Position numbers and translations under genes: made by a program
Origin: an uncultured delta proteobacterium
Lineage (GTDB): Bacteria; Desulfobacterota; Binatia; Binatales; Binataceae
Length of the DNA stretch: 64,000 nucleotides
Direction of reading: 5' to 3'
Assembly (NCBI GenBank): GCA_963835905.1
Contig: CAWIHG010000005.1
Coordinates: forward strand, 1,396,018 to 1,460,017
In this document: positions 38,801 through 49,278 of the stretch, one piece after another
Layout of the letters: each line of letters begins with the position of its first letter
Numbering within the stretch: the first letter of the stretch is position 1
The notes under the pieces: model-generated
What the model was told of the DNA's origin: nothing
The model's database searches: none
The model's input: the letters and a program-made list of their open reading frames with translations, nothing else

Positions 38801-39355
38801 ATGGACGCCGGTTGGTCACCTCCACCGATTCAACCGGAGCGCGGAGGGCTCTGGCTGTACCTCGCCCTGCCCTACCGCCGGTACGATATCGATACGCATT
38901 TGACCGTCGATCAATGCGCAAACGCGCTCCAGGCGATCATCGAGCCGCGCAAGTGGTTCCGAAGGAAAGCTGAAATTCGAACTGACCGGTTCCAAGGCGA
39001 AGTTACCGGCAGCAAGTTTTCCATCAGCCGCATTTTCCGCGGTCGCAATTCGCTTGTGCCAATGATCTCAGGCGTCATTCGCGAGCGTGCCGGTTGCACG
39101 ACGGTCTCAATGACCATGCGGCTTCATTGGATCGTACTAGGGTTCTGGGCTCTTTGGATGACAGGGGTTTTGGTTGGAGCGGCGGCCACGCTGTTTGCCT
39201 CAAAGGATTGGTCTTCGGGCAAGCTGGTGCCGCTCGTGATCATGCTGGCTTTCGGCTACCTCATGTGCACGATCATCTTCGAGACGGAAACTGAAAAAGC
39301 GCGCCAGCTTCTGACCGACGCGCTGACGGGCAGACCCACCCCCACTTCGTCTTGA
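38801..39355 (+). CDS. Hypothetical membrane protein (two C-terminal TM helices)
   Basis: 184 aa, no recognisable domain. 19 nt downstream of the Zn-ribbon gene. Confidence 0.5.
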   Translation: MDAGWSPPPIQPERGGLWLYLALPYRRYDIDTHLTVDQCANALQAIIEPRKWFRRKAEIRTDRFQGEVTGSKFSISRIFRGRNSLVPMISGVIRERAGCTTVSMTMRLHWIVLGFWALWMTGVLVGAAATLFASKDWSSGKLVPLVIMLAFGYLMCTIIFETETEKARQLLTDALTGRPTPTSS

Positions 39356-39423
39356 ACCGCGCCGCCTCTGCCCTGTATCGGCGCGCGGGCTTCCGCTAAA
39401 CCTTTCACGGGTTGGACTTCACT

Positions 39424-40995
39424 ATGGTTCCCGCCGGCGACCGCTACGTTCTTGCAATCGACATGGGCTCGGGTAGCGTCAAGGCGGCCGTCGTGTCGAG
39501 CCGAGCTGAAGTCGCGGCGTCGGCGCTGAGCCACCTCACGACTCAGCTGCTGCCCGACGGCGGCGCGGAGCAGGATCCTGCGCAGTGGTGGCGCGCGGTC
39601 GTCGACGCAAGCCGCGCCGCTATCGCAAATTCCGGCGTCCCGCGCGATCGAATCGCCGCGGTCGCATGCACCACGCAATGGGCCGTCACGCTGCCGGTCG
39701 ATAAGGCGGGCAACCCTCTCTGCAACGCTATTTCATGGATGGATTCGCGCGGCGGCCGCTACAACCGCGCGCTTACGCGCGGATGGCCATCCGTCCAGGG
39801 CTACGGGCTTGCGAAGCTGCTCCGATGGCTTCGGGTAACGGGCGGCGTCCCGGTTCATTCTGGCGCCGACGGCCTGGGCCATGTGCTGTTTCTCAAGCAT
39901 GAGCGGCCGGAGATTTATGCGCGCGCACACAAGCTGCTCGAGCCGATGGATTATCTCAATCTCAAGCTCAGCGGCAGATTCGCGGCGACCGGCGCAACGA
40001 TGTTCACGTACTGGATGGCGGATATCCGCGATCCCGCGCGCGTCGATTACTCGCCCACCCTGCTCCGTCTGGCGGGACTCGAGCGCGAAAAATTTCCCGA
40101 CTTGGTTCCGCCCGCGAGCGTGATCGGAACGCTCACCGCCGGGGCCGCCGCGCAACTCGGCCTGGAGCAATCCACCCGCGTAGTGACCGGCACCTGCGAT
40201 CTGCAGGCGGCGACGATCGGCGCGGGATGCGTCCGCGACGGCGAGGGATATTTCTATATCGGCACGACCTCATGGATGAGCTGCCATATCGCGCGCAAGC
40301 GGACCGATCCCCTGCACATGCTCTCCGCGATGCCCGCGGCAATTCCGGGCCGCTACGTCGTGACGGCGGAACAGGGGATGGCGGGCCGATGCCTCGAGTT
40401 CCTGCGCGACATCCTCTATCCGGAGCCCGGAGGGGACGTTTACGAGGACATGAACCGGCTCGCCGCGGCGGTGGCGCCTGGCAGCGACGGTCTTATCTTC
40501 ACGCCGTGGATCGGGGGCGTGATGGCGCCGGCGGACGATGCATGGACTCGCAGCGCGTTTTTCAATCAGAGCGCGCGCACCACGCGGGGGCATTACGTGC
40601 GCGCGGTGATGGAAGGAATCGCCTTCAATCTTCGCTGGCTCAAGGGCTACGTCGACAAGTTCGCCGGCCGTCCGTTCGACGCGCTCAATTTCATCGGCGG
40701 CGGCGCAAGCTCCGATCTATGGTGCCAGATTCACGCGGACATCCTCGGTTGCCGGGTGCGGCAGGTTGCGTCTCCGCGCAGCGCGAACGGTGTTGGGGCC
40801 GCGATGGCGGCATTCGCGGCGTTGGGGGATATTCAATTCGAGGCGATTCCTTCGCTGGTGAAGATTGCCGCGGTATATGACCCGATCGCCGACCATAGGA
40901 AGATTTACGATCGCCGGTTCGGCGAATTCATGGAGTTCTACAGGCGCGCCAAACCGATTTACCGCCGGATGAATCCGGTTGCCGACCCCGATTAG
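39424..40995 (+). CDS. FGGY-family carbohydrate kinase (xylulokinase/glycerol-kinase-like)
   Basis: VLAIDMGSGSVKAAVV N-terminal phosphate loop; FGGY fold throughout. Confidence 0.85.
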   Translation: MVPAGDRYVLAIDMGSGSVKAAVVSSRAEVAASALSHLTTQLLPDGGAEQDPAQWWRAVVDASRAAIANSGVPRDRIAAVACTTQWAVTLPVDKAGNPLCNAISWMDSRGGRYNRALTRGWPSVQGYGLAKLLRWLRVTGGVPVHSGADGLGHVLFLKHERPEIYARAHKLLEPMDYLNLKLSGRFAATGATMFTYWMADIRDPARVDYSPTLLRLAGLEREKFPDLVPPASVIGTLTAGAAAQLGLEQSTRVVTGTCDLQAATIGAGCVRDGEGYFYIGTTSWMSCHIARKRTDPLHMLSAMPAAIPGRYVVTAEQGMAGRCLEFLRDILYPEPGGDVYEDMNRLAAAVAPGSDGLIFTPWIGGVMAPADDAWTRSAFFNQSARTTRGHYVRAVMEGIAFNLRWLKGYVDKFAGRPFDALNFIGGGASSDLWCQIHADILGCRVRQVASPRSANGVGAAMAAFAALGDIQFEAIPSLVKIAAVYDPIADHRKIYDRRFGEFMEFYRRAKPIYRRMNPVADPD

Positions 40996-41033
40996 ACAAA
41001 TCGACATGCGCGGCGCGAAAAGGAGTTCAAGCA

Positions 41034-42461
41034 ATGGCCAAAGCAGCACGCAAAACGGAGCAATCCTCAGGCCCGATGGGCGAGATGCATCCGTACCGGG
41101 ACAAGTTCGCGATTAACACCGAGCTTCCCAAAAAGGGCCGCACTCCCGAAGACGTGCTCCGCGAGCTGCGCTCGATCGCCCGGACCGAAGACTCACGCTG
41201 GCAGACCGGGAAAATCTCGGGAACCTATTACCACGGCGGGATGGAGCATTACGCGTTCCTCAACCGCGTGTTCGCGCTGTTCTCGCACGTCAACCTCCTC
41301 CAGCGCGACATGTGCCCGAGCGGCACCAAGTTCGAAGGCGAGATAATCGCGATGACGGCGAAGATGCTCGGCGCCGACGCCGCGCGCGAGCGCAACCCCG
41401 CCGACCAGGTCTGCGGCGCAATCACCTCGGGCGGCACCGAGAGCATCATCCTGCCGATGCTCGCGCAGCGCGAACGCGCGCGGGCCGAGAAGGGAATCAC
41501 CGCGCCAGAGATGGTGGTGCCCGACACAATTCATCCCGCTTTCTCAAAGGGCGCGCACTACTTTGGAATCAAGCTGATTCGCGTTCCTGTGGGGCCCGAC
41601 TATCTCGCCGACGTGGACGCGATGCGCGCGCAAATCGGGCCGAACACGATCGCGATCGCCGGCTCGGCGGCCAATTATCCGCACGGGCTTATCGATCCGA
41701 TCGAAAAGCTCTCCGACCTTGCGCTGGAGTACGGAATCGGCCTGCACGTGGACAGCTGCTTCGGCGGCTTCATCCTGCCGTGGATCGCAAAGCTCGGCTA
41801 CGAGGTCCCCGCATTCGACTTCCGCCTGCCGGGTGTCACCTCGATGTCGTGCGACACGCACAAATGGGGCTACGGGCTCAAGGGCGCGTCGGTGGTGCTG
41901 TATCGCAACACGGCGTTGCGCCGCAGGCAGTACTTCGGAATTACGGATTGGCAGGGCGGGCTGTATGCCTCGCCGACGATCGCGGGCAGCCGCTCCGGTG
42001 GTATCAGCGCCTCGACGTGGGCCGCGATGGTCGCGCTCGGCGAGGAGGGATATCTGAAGGCGACTCGCCGGATCATGAAGGCGGCCGACACGATCAAGGC
42101 GGGAGTCGGGAAAATTCCCGAGCTCAGGATTATCGGCAGCCCGACCTACTGCATCGCGATCGCCTCCGACGCGGTCGATATCTTTCACGTCAACGACTAC
42201 CTCGCCGATCGCGGATGGCGACTCAACGGATTGCAGAAGCCGGCCGGGTTCCACATCTGCGTCACGCTGCCGCAGACCATGCCCGGCGTCGCGACGAGAT
42301 TCGTCAGGGACATCGGCGACGGCGTTGAGTACGCCAAGCAGCCTCATTCGAGTCCAGCCAAAAGCGGTGCGGTGTACGGCGGCGGCGCGGCGTCTATTCC
42401 GGCCGAGATGGTCAACGAGCTGCTGATGACTTGGCTGGACGCCAGCTACGAGGTTTCGTGA
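41034..42461 (+). CDS. PLP-dependent group II decarboxylase, sphingosine-1-phosphate-lyase-like
   Basis: SCDTHKWGY (PLP lysine) and GTYYHGGMEH..., typical of the SPL/glutamate-decarboxylase-like family. Confidence 0.75.
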   Translation: MAKAARKTEQSSGPMGEMHPYRDKFAINTELPKKGRTPEDVLRELRSIARTEDSRWQTGKISGTYYHGGMEHYAFLNRVFALFSHVNLLQRDMCPSGTKFEGEIIAMTAKMLGADAARERNPADQVCGAITSGGTESIILPMLAQRERARAEKGITAPEMVVPDTIHPAFSKGAHYFGIKLIRVPVGPDYLADVDAMRAQIGPNTIAIAGSAANYPHGLIDPIEKLSDLALEYGIGLHVDSCFGGFILPWIAKLGYEVPAFDFRLPGVTSMSCDTHKWGYGLKGASVVLYRNTALRRRQYFGITDWQGGLYASPTIAGSRSGGISASTWAAMVALGEEGYLKATRRIMKAADTIKAGVGKIPELRIIGSPTYCIAIASDAVDIFHVNDYLADRGWRLNGLQKPAGFHICVTLPQTMPGVATRFVRDIGDGVEYAKQPHSSPAKSGAVYGGGAASIPAEMVNELLMTWLDASYEVS

Positions 42462-43285
42462 TGGCGCGGCGCGGAGCGCTCAGCGATCGCGAGACCGGCG
42501 AATTTGTCGAATTCGCGTGCCGGCTAGGCGAACTTGCGGGACGAGTAATCCTGCCCCACTTTCGCGCGGCGCTGGACGTCGAGAACAAGGCGCCTGGCGG
42601 CCCTTACGATCCGGTCACAGTCGCCGATCGCGCGGCGGAAACCGCGATTCGCGAGGAAATCGGGCGCGTATATCCACGCCACGGAATCCTGGGCGAGGAG
42701 CATGGAGTATCAGCCGGCGCCGACGACTTCACCTGGATAATCGATCCGATTGACGGCACTCGCGCCTTCATACTTGGCCAGCTCCATTGGGGCGTGCTTA
42801 TCGCGCTCAATGACGGTGAGAAGCCCGTCGTCGGCGTAATGCATCAGCCGTACGTCGGCGAAACTTTCGTCGGCTCGCGCCTTGGCGCGGAGCTGCGGCG
42901 AGGAACACAGCGCCACGCGCTGCGCACGCGGCGATGCGACCGGCTCGAAGACGCGGCGGTCTGCGCGACGGACCCTGCGATGTTCGAGGCGGGAGCGGAG
43001 GCTGACGCGTTTCACTCGATCGCGCGGCGCGCGCGGATGCGGCGCTACGGCGGGGACTGCTATTCGTATTGCCTGCTCGCAGCGGGACTGGTCGACCTGG
43101 TGATCGAGTCGCATCTCAATCCCTACGACATCCAGCCGCTCGTCCCGATAATCGAGGCCGCCGGCGGCATCGTGACCTCGTGGTCAAACGGTCCCTGCTA
43201 TGACGGAGGACAGGTGCTGGTCGCCGGCAGCGCCGGGATCCATCGCGCCGCGCTCGAATTTCTGCGCCCCGCCGCATCGCGATGA
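42461..43285 (+). CDS. Inositol monophosphatase / histidinol-phosphatase (HisN-like) family
   Basis: WIIDPIDGT metal-binding motif. ATGA overlap with the upstream gene. Confidence 0.8.
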   Translation: MARRGALSDRETGEFVEFACRLGELAGRVILPHFRAALDVENKAPGGPYDPVTVADRAAETAIREEIGRVYPRHGILGEEHGVSAGADDFTWIIDPIDGTRAFILGQLHWGVLIALNDGEKPVVGVMHQPYVGETFVGSRLGAELRRGTQRHALRTRRCDRLEDAAVCATDPAMFEAGAEADAFHSIARRARMRRYGGDCYSYCLLAAGLVDLVIESHLNPYDIQPLVPIIEAAGGIVTSWSNGPCYDGGQVLVAGSAGIHRAALEFLRPAASR

Positions 43286-43345
43286 GCTGAGCACGCAGTG
43301 GCGTGCACCGCGCTCCGGCGCCGCACTTTCAGCGGGAGGACAGCT

Positions 43346-44224
43346 ATGAGCAACTCACAGCGTCCAATCGAAACGATCGCGGTGATTGGAGCCGGCGAGA
43401 TGGGAGCGGCGGTGGGACGGCGGATGCGCGATGCCGGAGCGCGCGTGCTGACGACTCTGGCGGGACGCGGCGCCGCAAGCGCCCGGCGCGTGGCGGAGGC
43501 CGGGATCGAGGTCGTCGATAACGACGAGCGAATGGCTGGCGACGCCGCATTCATCCTCTCGATCGTTCCACCCGGTCAAGCAGTACGGGTCGCAGAGCGA
43601 TTCCGCGCCCCACTGTCTCGCGCCGCGCACAAACCGGTCTTCGTGGAATGCAACGCTGTCGCACCCGACACGGTGCGGCGAATCGCCGGGCGGCTGGCCG
43701 AGACCGGATGCCGTTTCGTCGATGCCGGAATAATCGGCGGACCGCCGCCCGCGGACCGGTTCGATATAGGTCCGCGCTTTTACGCCTCTGGGCCCGACGC
43801 GCATCTTGTATCGCGGCTTTCCAGATACGGCCTCGACATCGCGACGCTCGACGGCCCGATCGGTGCGGCATCGGCGCTCAAGCTCTCCTACGCGGGACTG
43901 ACCAAGGGCATTACCGCACTGGGCGCCGCGATGGTCGCGGCGGCGTCGCGCGAAGGTCTTGATGGTGCGTTGCGCGCCGAGCTCGCGCGCAGCCAACCGG
44001 AGATTCTCGCGCGAGTCGAGCGCAGCTTACCCCGCATGCTACCCAAGGCGTATCGATGGGTCGCTGAGATGGACGAGATCGCTGCGTTTGTGGGAAGTGC
44101 GGCCGCCGGCGCGGGAATTTACACGGGCGCCGCCCGGCTTTACGAGCAGATCGCGGCCGACCTCAATGCCCAAGGCGACGCGCGCACGATACTCGCGTCG
44201 CTGCGATCATTCCTGCGAGCCTAG
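43346..44224 (+). CDS. NAD(P)-binding 6-phosphogluconate-dehydrogenase-like oxidoreductase (DUF1932-type C-terminus)
   Basis: IAVIGAGEMGAAVG Rossmann motif. Confidence 0.65.
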   Translation: MSNSQRPIETIAVIGAGEMGAAVGRRMRDAGARVLTTLAGRGAASARRVAEAGIEVVDNDERMAGDAAFILSIVPPGQAVRVAERFRAPLSRAAHKPVFVECNAVAPDTVRRIAGRLAETGCRFVDAGIIGGPPPADRFDIGPRFYASGPDAHLVSRLSRYGLDIATLDGPIGAASALKLSYAGLTKGITALGAAMVAAASREGLDGALRAELARSQPEILARVERSLPRMLPKAYRWVAEMDEIAAFVGSAAAGAGIYTGAARLYEQIAADLNAQGDARTILASLRSFLRA

Positions 44225-44399
44225 AACTCGCGCGATTTGCAGTCGGGCGGCAACGGCCATCGCCGGCCGGTGGTGCCACCGCGCAGTTTGATAGACGCGC
44301 AAAACGGTTGCCAAACACGCGCCGCAGCGACACTATCCGAAACAACGCTGCCGCGCCGCGCCAGTTTGGCGCCCGAGCGCGGATTTCAAGGAGCATCTA

Positions 44400-45591
44400 A
44401 TGAGAGAAGCCGTCATCGTATCCACCGCCCGCACGCCCATCGGCAAGGCGTATCGCGGTGCATTCAACGATATCGAGTCGCCGTCGATGGCGGCCCCGAT
44501 CATCCAGGCCGCGCTGAAACGCGCCGAGCGTCGAACCTGCGGAAGTCGATGACTTGATCATGGGTTCCGCGCTCCAGCAGGGCACCCAGGGCTTCAACGT
44601 CGCACGCCAGTGCGCGGTCGCGGCGGGACTGCCGGTCAGTGTCGCGGGGCAGAGCGTCGATCGGCAGTGCTCGTCGGGTCTGATGAGCATCTCGATGGCG
44701 GCCAAGCAGATCATGGTCGACGGGATGCAGACCGTAGTCGCGGGCGGAGTCGAATCAATCAGCCTAGTGCAGAACTCGCACATGAACGCGTATCGCCAGG
44801 GCGATCCGCTGGTGCTCAAGTACGCGCCCGCGGTGTACATGGCGATGATCGACACCGCCGAGGTCGTCTCTAAGCGATACAAGGTTTCGCGCGAAGTCGC
44901 AGGATCAGTACTCCTTCCAGAGCCAGCAGCGCACCTTCGCGGCTCAGGAAGCCGGACTATTTCAAAGACGAAATCGTCGACAACGACGGTCACCAAGAAG
45001 TTCGAGGACAAGAAGACCGGCGAAACGAGCAAGCAGCAGGTCACGCTGGAGCGCGACGAATGCAACCGACCCGGCACCACGCTCGAAGGGCTCGCATCGC
45101 TGCCGCCGGTCAGGGGTCCGGGCGGATTCATCACCGCCGGCAACGCGAGCCAGCTTTCCGACGGAGCCTCGGTCTGCGTCGCTGATGGAACGAAAGCAGG
45201 CCGAGCAGCGCGGGCTACATCCGCTCGGGATCTATCGCGGGATGGCGGTGGCCGGATGCGAGCCCGACGAAATGGGAATCGGGCCGGTGTTCGCGGTACC
45301 CAAGCTGCTGGAGCGCAACGGACTCAAGATGGACGACATCGGGCTGTGGGAACTCAACGAGGCATTCGCCTGCCAGGTGATCTACTGCCGCGATCGAGCT
45401 CGGCATCCCCGACGAGCGCCTCAACGTCAACGGCGGCGCGATTTCCGATCGGCCATCCGTACGGCATGAGCGGATCGCGGATGACCGGGCACGCGCTGAT
45501 CGAAGGCAAGCGGCGCGGCGTCAAGTACGTGGTGATCACCATGTGCGTCGGCGGCGGAATGGGCGCGGCCGGCCTGTTCGAGGTCGCGTAA
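44400..45591 (+). pseudogene. Acetyl-CoA C-acyltransferase (thiolase) disrupted by ~5 frameshifts
   Basis: Every segment is a clean thiolase (MREAVIVSTARTPIGKAYRG...; [36 protein letters not shown]...CSSGLMSI; [21 protein letters not shown]; [19 protein letters not shown]; [40 protein letters not shown]; [46 protein letters not shown]). The reading frame changes five times: near 44525 (a to b), then alternating b/c near 44897, 44975, 45188 and 45395. Confidence 0.7.
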
Positions 45592-45616
45592 GCAAGGACC
45601 GCGTGGAGAAACGATT

Positions 45617-46642
45617 ATGAAACTAGGACTGATGGCAGGCGGATTCGGACCGCAGATCCGGATCGATGTGGAAAGAATCAAGGAGGCGGAGGCGCTCGGC
45701 TACGATTCGGTGTGGACCGCCGAGGCGTGGGGAAACGACGCGATCACTCCGCTGGCGTGGCTGGCCGCGCAAACCAGCAAGATCAAGCTCGGCACCGCGA
45801 TCATGCAGATGCCCGCGCGGACGCCCGCGATGTGCGCGATGCAGGTTATGACTGTCGATCAGCTTTCCGGCGGCAGGATGATCGTGGGGCTCGGACCCTC
45901 TGGACCGCAGGTGATCGAGGGATGGCACGGGGTCGCATACGGCAAGCCGCTCAAGCGCACCCGCGAATATATCGCGATCATGCGCGAGATATTCAAACGC
46001 GAGAAACCGGTCGAGTTCCAGGGCGAATTTTACCAGATGCCCTACAAGGGTCCCGGGTCGTCGGGCCTCGGCAAGCCGCTGCGCAGCATTCTGCACGGCC
46101 GCACCGACATTCCGATTTACACCGCAACCATCTCCCCCAAGGGCGTGGAAACCGCCGCCGAAATCGCCGACGGTTTCATCCCGGTGTGGACCACGCCAAA
46201 GGGACTCAACACTTTCATGCCGCATATCGAGGCCGGCTTGCGCAAGGCTGGCGGCGGCAAGGGACTGAAAGATTTTGAGATCGCGGTATCGCTCAACGTG
46301 GTGGTGAACAACGACGTTCAGGCCGCTCGCGATTCGCTCAAGCCGGGCATCGCGCTTTACGTCGGCGGGATGGGCGCGCGCGGCAAGAATTTTTACACCG
46401 ATCACGTCAGCCGGCAGGGATGGGCCGACGACGCGCGCAAGATCCAGGACCTCTTTCTTGGCGGCAAGCGGCAGGAAGCCACGGCGGCGGTTCCCGATGC
46501 TCTGGTGGACGAACTTTCGCTCGTCGGCCCCAAAGAGCGCATCCGCGAACGCGCCGCCGAATGGAAGGCAAGCAAGGCGACCACGCTCCTGATCGGCGGG
46601 GATACGAACGCGATCAGGGTGATGGCGGAGGCGTTCCTGTAA
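45617..46642 (+). CDS. LLM-class flavin/F420-dependent oxidoreductase (luciferase-like)
   Basis: [39 protein letters not shown] is the characteristic LLM N-terminus. Confidence 0.8.
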   Translation: MKLGLMAGGFGPQIRIDVERIKEAEALGYDSVWTAEAWGNDAITPLAWLAAQTSKIKLGTAIMQMPARTPAMCAMQVMTVDQLSGGRMIVGLGPSGPQVIEGWHGVAYGKPLKRTREYIAIMREIFKREKPVEFQGEFYQMPYKGPGSSGLGKPLRSILHGRTDIPIYTATISPKGVETAAEIADGFIPVWTTPKGLNTFMPHIEAGLRKAGGGKGLKDFEIAVSLNVVVNNDVQAARDSLKPGIALYVGGMGARGKNFYTDHVSRQGWADDARKIQDLFLGGKRQEATAAVPDALVDELSLVGPKERIRERAAEWKASKATTLLIGGDTNAIRVMAEAFL

Positions 46643-46700
46643 AGCATCCGACCGCAAAGAACACCCAGCTATCGGGAACGCAATCAGCGAAGGATCGTTT

Positions 46701-47846
46701 ATGAAAAGCCCCATCTGCCAGATGCTCGGAATCGATTTTCCCCTGTTCGCCTTCAGTCACTGCCGCGACGTAGTCGCCTCGGTGAGCCGTGCGGGCGGAT
46801 TTGGCGTGCTTGGCGCAACCGCCTTCACTCCGGACGAACTCGAGCCCGAGTTGAAGTGGATCGACGAACACATCGGCGGCAAACCCTACGGCATCGATGT
46901 TCTCATTCCAGAGAACCTCGCGATAAAGAATGAACCGGGGCTGACCACGAAGTCGCTCGCCGCTCGCGTACCGCAGAAGCAGAAGGACTTCGTTCGCGAT
47001 CTGCTCGGGCGCTACGGCGTCGATCCTGCTCGCACGCTCGAGAGTCCGGGCGCGGCGGCGCCAGACCGGCCTTCCTCACTGCAACAGGAACACGCGCTGA
47101 AGCTGCTCGAAGTGTCCTTCGATCATCCGATCAAGCTCATCGCAAACGCACTCGGAGTCCCGCCGCAGTCGATGATCGAGATGGGGCGCAAGCATGGGGT
47201 GCCCGTGGCCGCCCTGGTCGGAGCGCCCGAGCACGCGGTCCGCCAGGTCAATGCGGGCGTGGACATCATCGTGGCGCAGGGCGGTGAGGCCGGCGGCCAT
47301 TGCGGCGAAGTCTCGACCATCGTGCTCATCCCCGAGGTCCTGCGCGCGATCAAGCCCATTCGCGACGTGCCGGTGCTGGCAGCCGGCGGAATCATGACCG
47401 GCCGTCAGATGGCGGCGTGCATGGCGATGGGTGCGGCGGGTGTCTGGACCGGCTCGGTATGGCTCGCGACGACCGAGTCCGAAACCTCCGAGATTTTTCG
47501 CGAGAAGATGATCTCGGCGCGCTCGCGCGACACGGTTCGCTCACGGTGCCGGACCGGAAAGCCGTCGCGCCAGCTCCGCTCGGCGTGGACTGACGCATGG
47601 GAAGGTCCGGAGAGTCCGGGGCCGCTGGCGATGCCTTTTCAGAGCCTGATCAGCGAACCCGCGCTGGCCGCCGCGCAGCGGGCAGCCGAGCACGGCAACC
47701 CCAAGGCGCGCGAGTTGGTCACCTACTTCGTTGGCCAGGGAGTCGGACTGGTCGACAAGGTGAAGTCGAGCCGCGAGGTGGTCAAGGAATTCATGGAAGA
47801 GTTCGCCGAGGCGCTAGCCGATATGCAGGCGCTCACCGAGGAATAG
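46701..47846 (+). CDS. Nitronate monooxygenase / NAD(P)H-dependent flavin oxidoreductase (NMO family)
   Basis: ICQMLGIDFPLFAFSHCRDVVASVSRAGGFGVLGA and FMN-binding TIM barrel. Confidence 0.8.
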   Translation: MKSPICQMLGIDFPLFAFSHCRDVVASVSRAGGFGVLGATAFTPDELEPELKWIDEHIGGKPYGIDVLIPENLAIKNEPGLTTKSLAARVPQKQKDFVRDLLGRYGVDPARTLESPGAAAPDRPSSLQQEHALKLLEVSFDHPIKLIANALGVPPQSMIEMGRKHGVPVAALVGAPEHAVRQVNAGVDIIVAQGGEAGGHCGEVSTIVLIPEVLRAIKPIRDVPVLAAGGIMTGRQMAACMAMGAAGVWTGSVWLATTESETSEIFREKMISARSRDTVRSRCRTGKPSRQLRSAWTDAWEGPESPGPLAMPFQSLISEPALAAAQRAAEHGNPKARELVTYFVGQGVGLVDKVKSSREVVKEFMEEFAEALADMQALTEE

Positions 47847-47882
47847 CGCCGGCACGGCCGATCTGAAAGCGACCAGCGCGAG

Positions 47883-47912
47883 ACGGCGCCGAATAATCGG
47901 CGCCGTTTCCTT
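47883..47912 (+). terminator. Rho-independent terminator after the NMO gene
   Basis: Perfect 10-bp stem acggcgccga / tcggcgccgt with loop ataa, followed by ttcctt. Confidence 0.5.
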
Positions 47913-48006
47913 AATCGCGATTGCCACCGCCGGTCGCAAAATCCGGCCAGGTGCTTCATGCCAGCGCAAAAGATGTGATATTTGATCGATTCGCAAGGAG
48001 TGCACG

Positions 48007-49233
48007 ATGGCTCGAGAAATTACCGAAGCAGACATCCGCGGGCGGGTCCGGAAACTGCTCGAGGAAGCGCACCCGGATCGCGTCGATCAGTTCACATTCC
48101 GCGGCAAGCAATATGACCACGGCCTCGCCTGGGTCCATTTTCCCGAGGGCTATGGCGGACTGGGCGTCAGCCCCGGCCTCCAGGCGGTCGTCGCCGACGA
48201 GATCGCAAAGCACGCCAAAACCATCTACGACGACATGATGATCAATGCGATCGGCATCGGCATGGGCGCGCCGACCGTTCTGACTCACGGCACCGACTGG
48301 ATGCGAGATAACCTGCTGCGCCGAATCTTCACGGGTGAGGACATCTGGTGCCAGATGTTCAGTGAGCCGGGCGCCGGCTCGGACGTCGCCGGCCTCGCGA
48401 CGCGCGCGACCCGCGAAGGCGACTATTGGGTCGTCAACGGCCAGAAGGTGTGGACCAGCCTCGCCCACGTCTCGAAGTGGGGGATGCTGCTGGCGCGCAG
48501 CAATCCAGACGCGCCGAAACATTCGGGCATGTCCTACTTCCTGCTCGACATGCATAGCCCCGGCGTAGAGGTCCGCCCGCTCCACCAGATAACCGGCGAA
48601 GCCGAATTCAATGAAATTTTCTTCACCGATGTGAAAATTCCCGCCGACCGCCTGATGGGCCGCGAAGGCGAGGGATGGAAAGTCGCGATAACCACGCTGA
48701 TGAACGAGCGCACCGCGATCGGCGGTTCCGGCGCACCGCGCAAGGGAAGTGGATCGATCGGCGTCCTGATGAGCCTGTGGAAGTCGCGCGAAAAGGGGCG
48801 CTTCTCGCCCGACGGCGAAGTCCTCATGCGCGATCGCATTTCCAGGCTCTACATCGAGTCTGAACTGCTCCGCATGACCAGCCAGCGCGCGCGCTCCGCG
48901 CGCAAGGCTGGCAACCCGGGACCCGAAGGCTCGGTCGCAAAGCTCGCTCAGGCCGAACTGAACAAGCGGATCTGGGAATGCGCAATGGACGTGCTCGGCC
49001 CCGACTCGCTCATCTACGAACCGGGTTATGCTCGCCGGCGTCCGACCTCGCGGGCCAAAGAATCGCGCACGGCGCTGTCGAAGTACCAGTTCCTGCGGGC
49101 GCGAGCCAATTCGATTGAAGGTGGCACCTCCGAGGTGATGAAGAACATCCTCGGCGAACGCGTGCTCGGGCTGCCGGGCGAACCGCGCTCCGACAAGGAC
49201 ATTCCGTGGAAACAGATTCCGCGCAACGGATGA
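48007..49233 (+). CDS. Acyl-CoA dehydrogenase
   Basis: ACAD fold (CQMFSEPGAGSDVAG..., C-terminal helical domain), 408 aa. Confidence 0.85.
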   Translation: MAREITEADIRGRVRKLLEEAHPDRVDQFTFRGKQYDHGLAWVHFPEGYGGLGVSPGLQAVVADEIAKHAKTIYDDMMINAIGIGMGAPTVLTHGTDWMRDNLLRRIFTGEDIWCQMFSEPGAGSDVAGLATRATREGDYWVVNGQKVWTSLAHVSKWGMLLARSNPDAPKHSGMSYFLLDMHSPGVEVRPLHQITGEAEFNEIFFTDVKIPADRLMGREGEGWKVAITTLMNERTAIGGSGAPRKGSGSIGVLMSLWKSREKGRFSPDGEVLMRDRISRLYIESELLRMTSQRARSARKAGNPGPEGSVAKLAQAELNKRIWECAMDVLGPDSLIYEPGYARRRPTSRAKESRTALSKYQFLRARANSIEGGTSEVMKNILGERVLGLPGEPRSDKDIPWKQIPRNG

Positions 49234-49278
49234 GTCCGCGGACCATCATTATCACTTAGAAAAACACAGTATAGGAAA

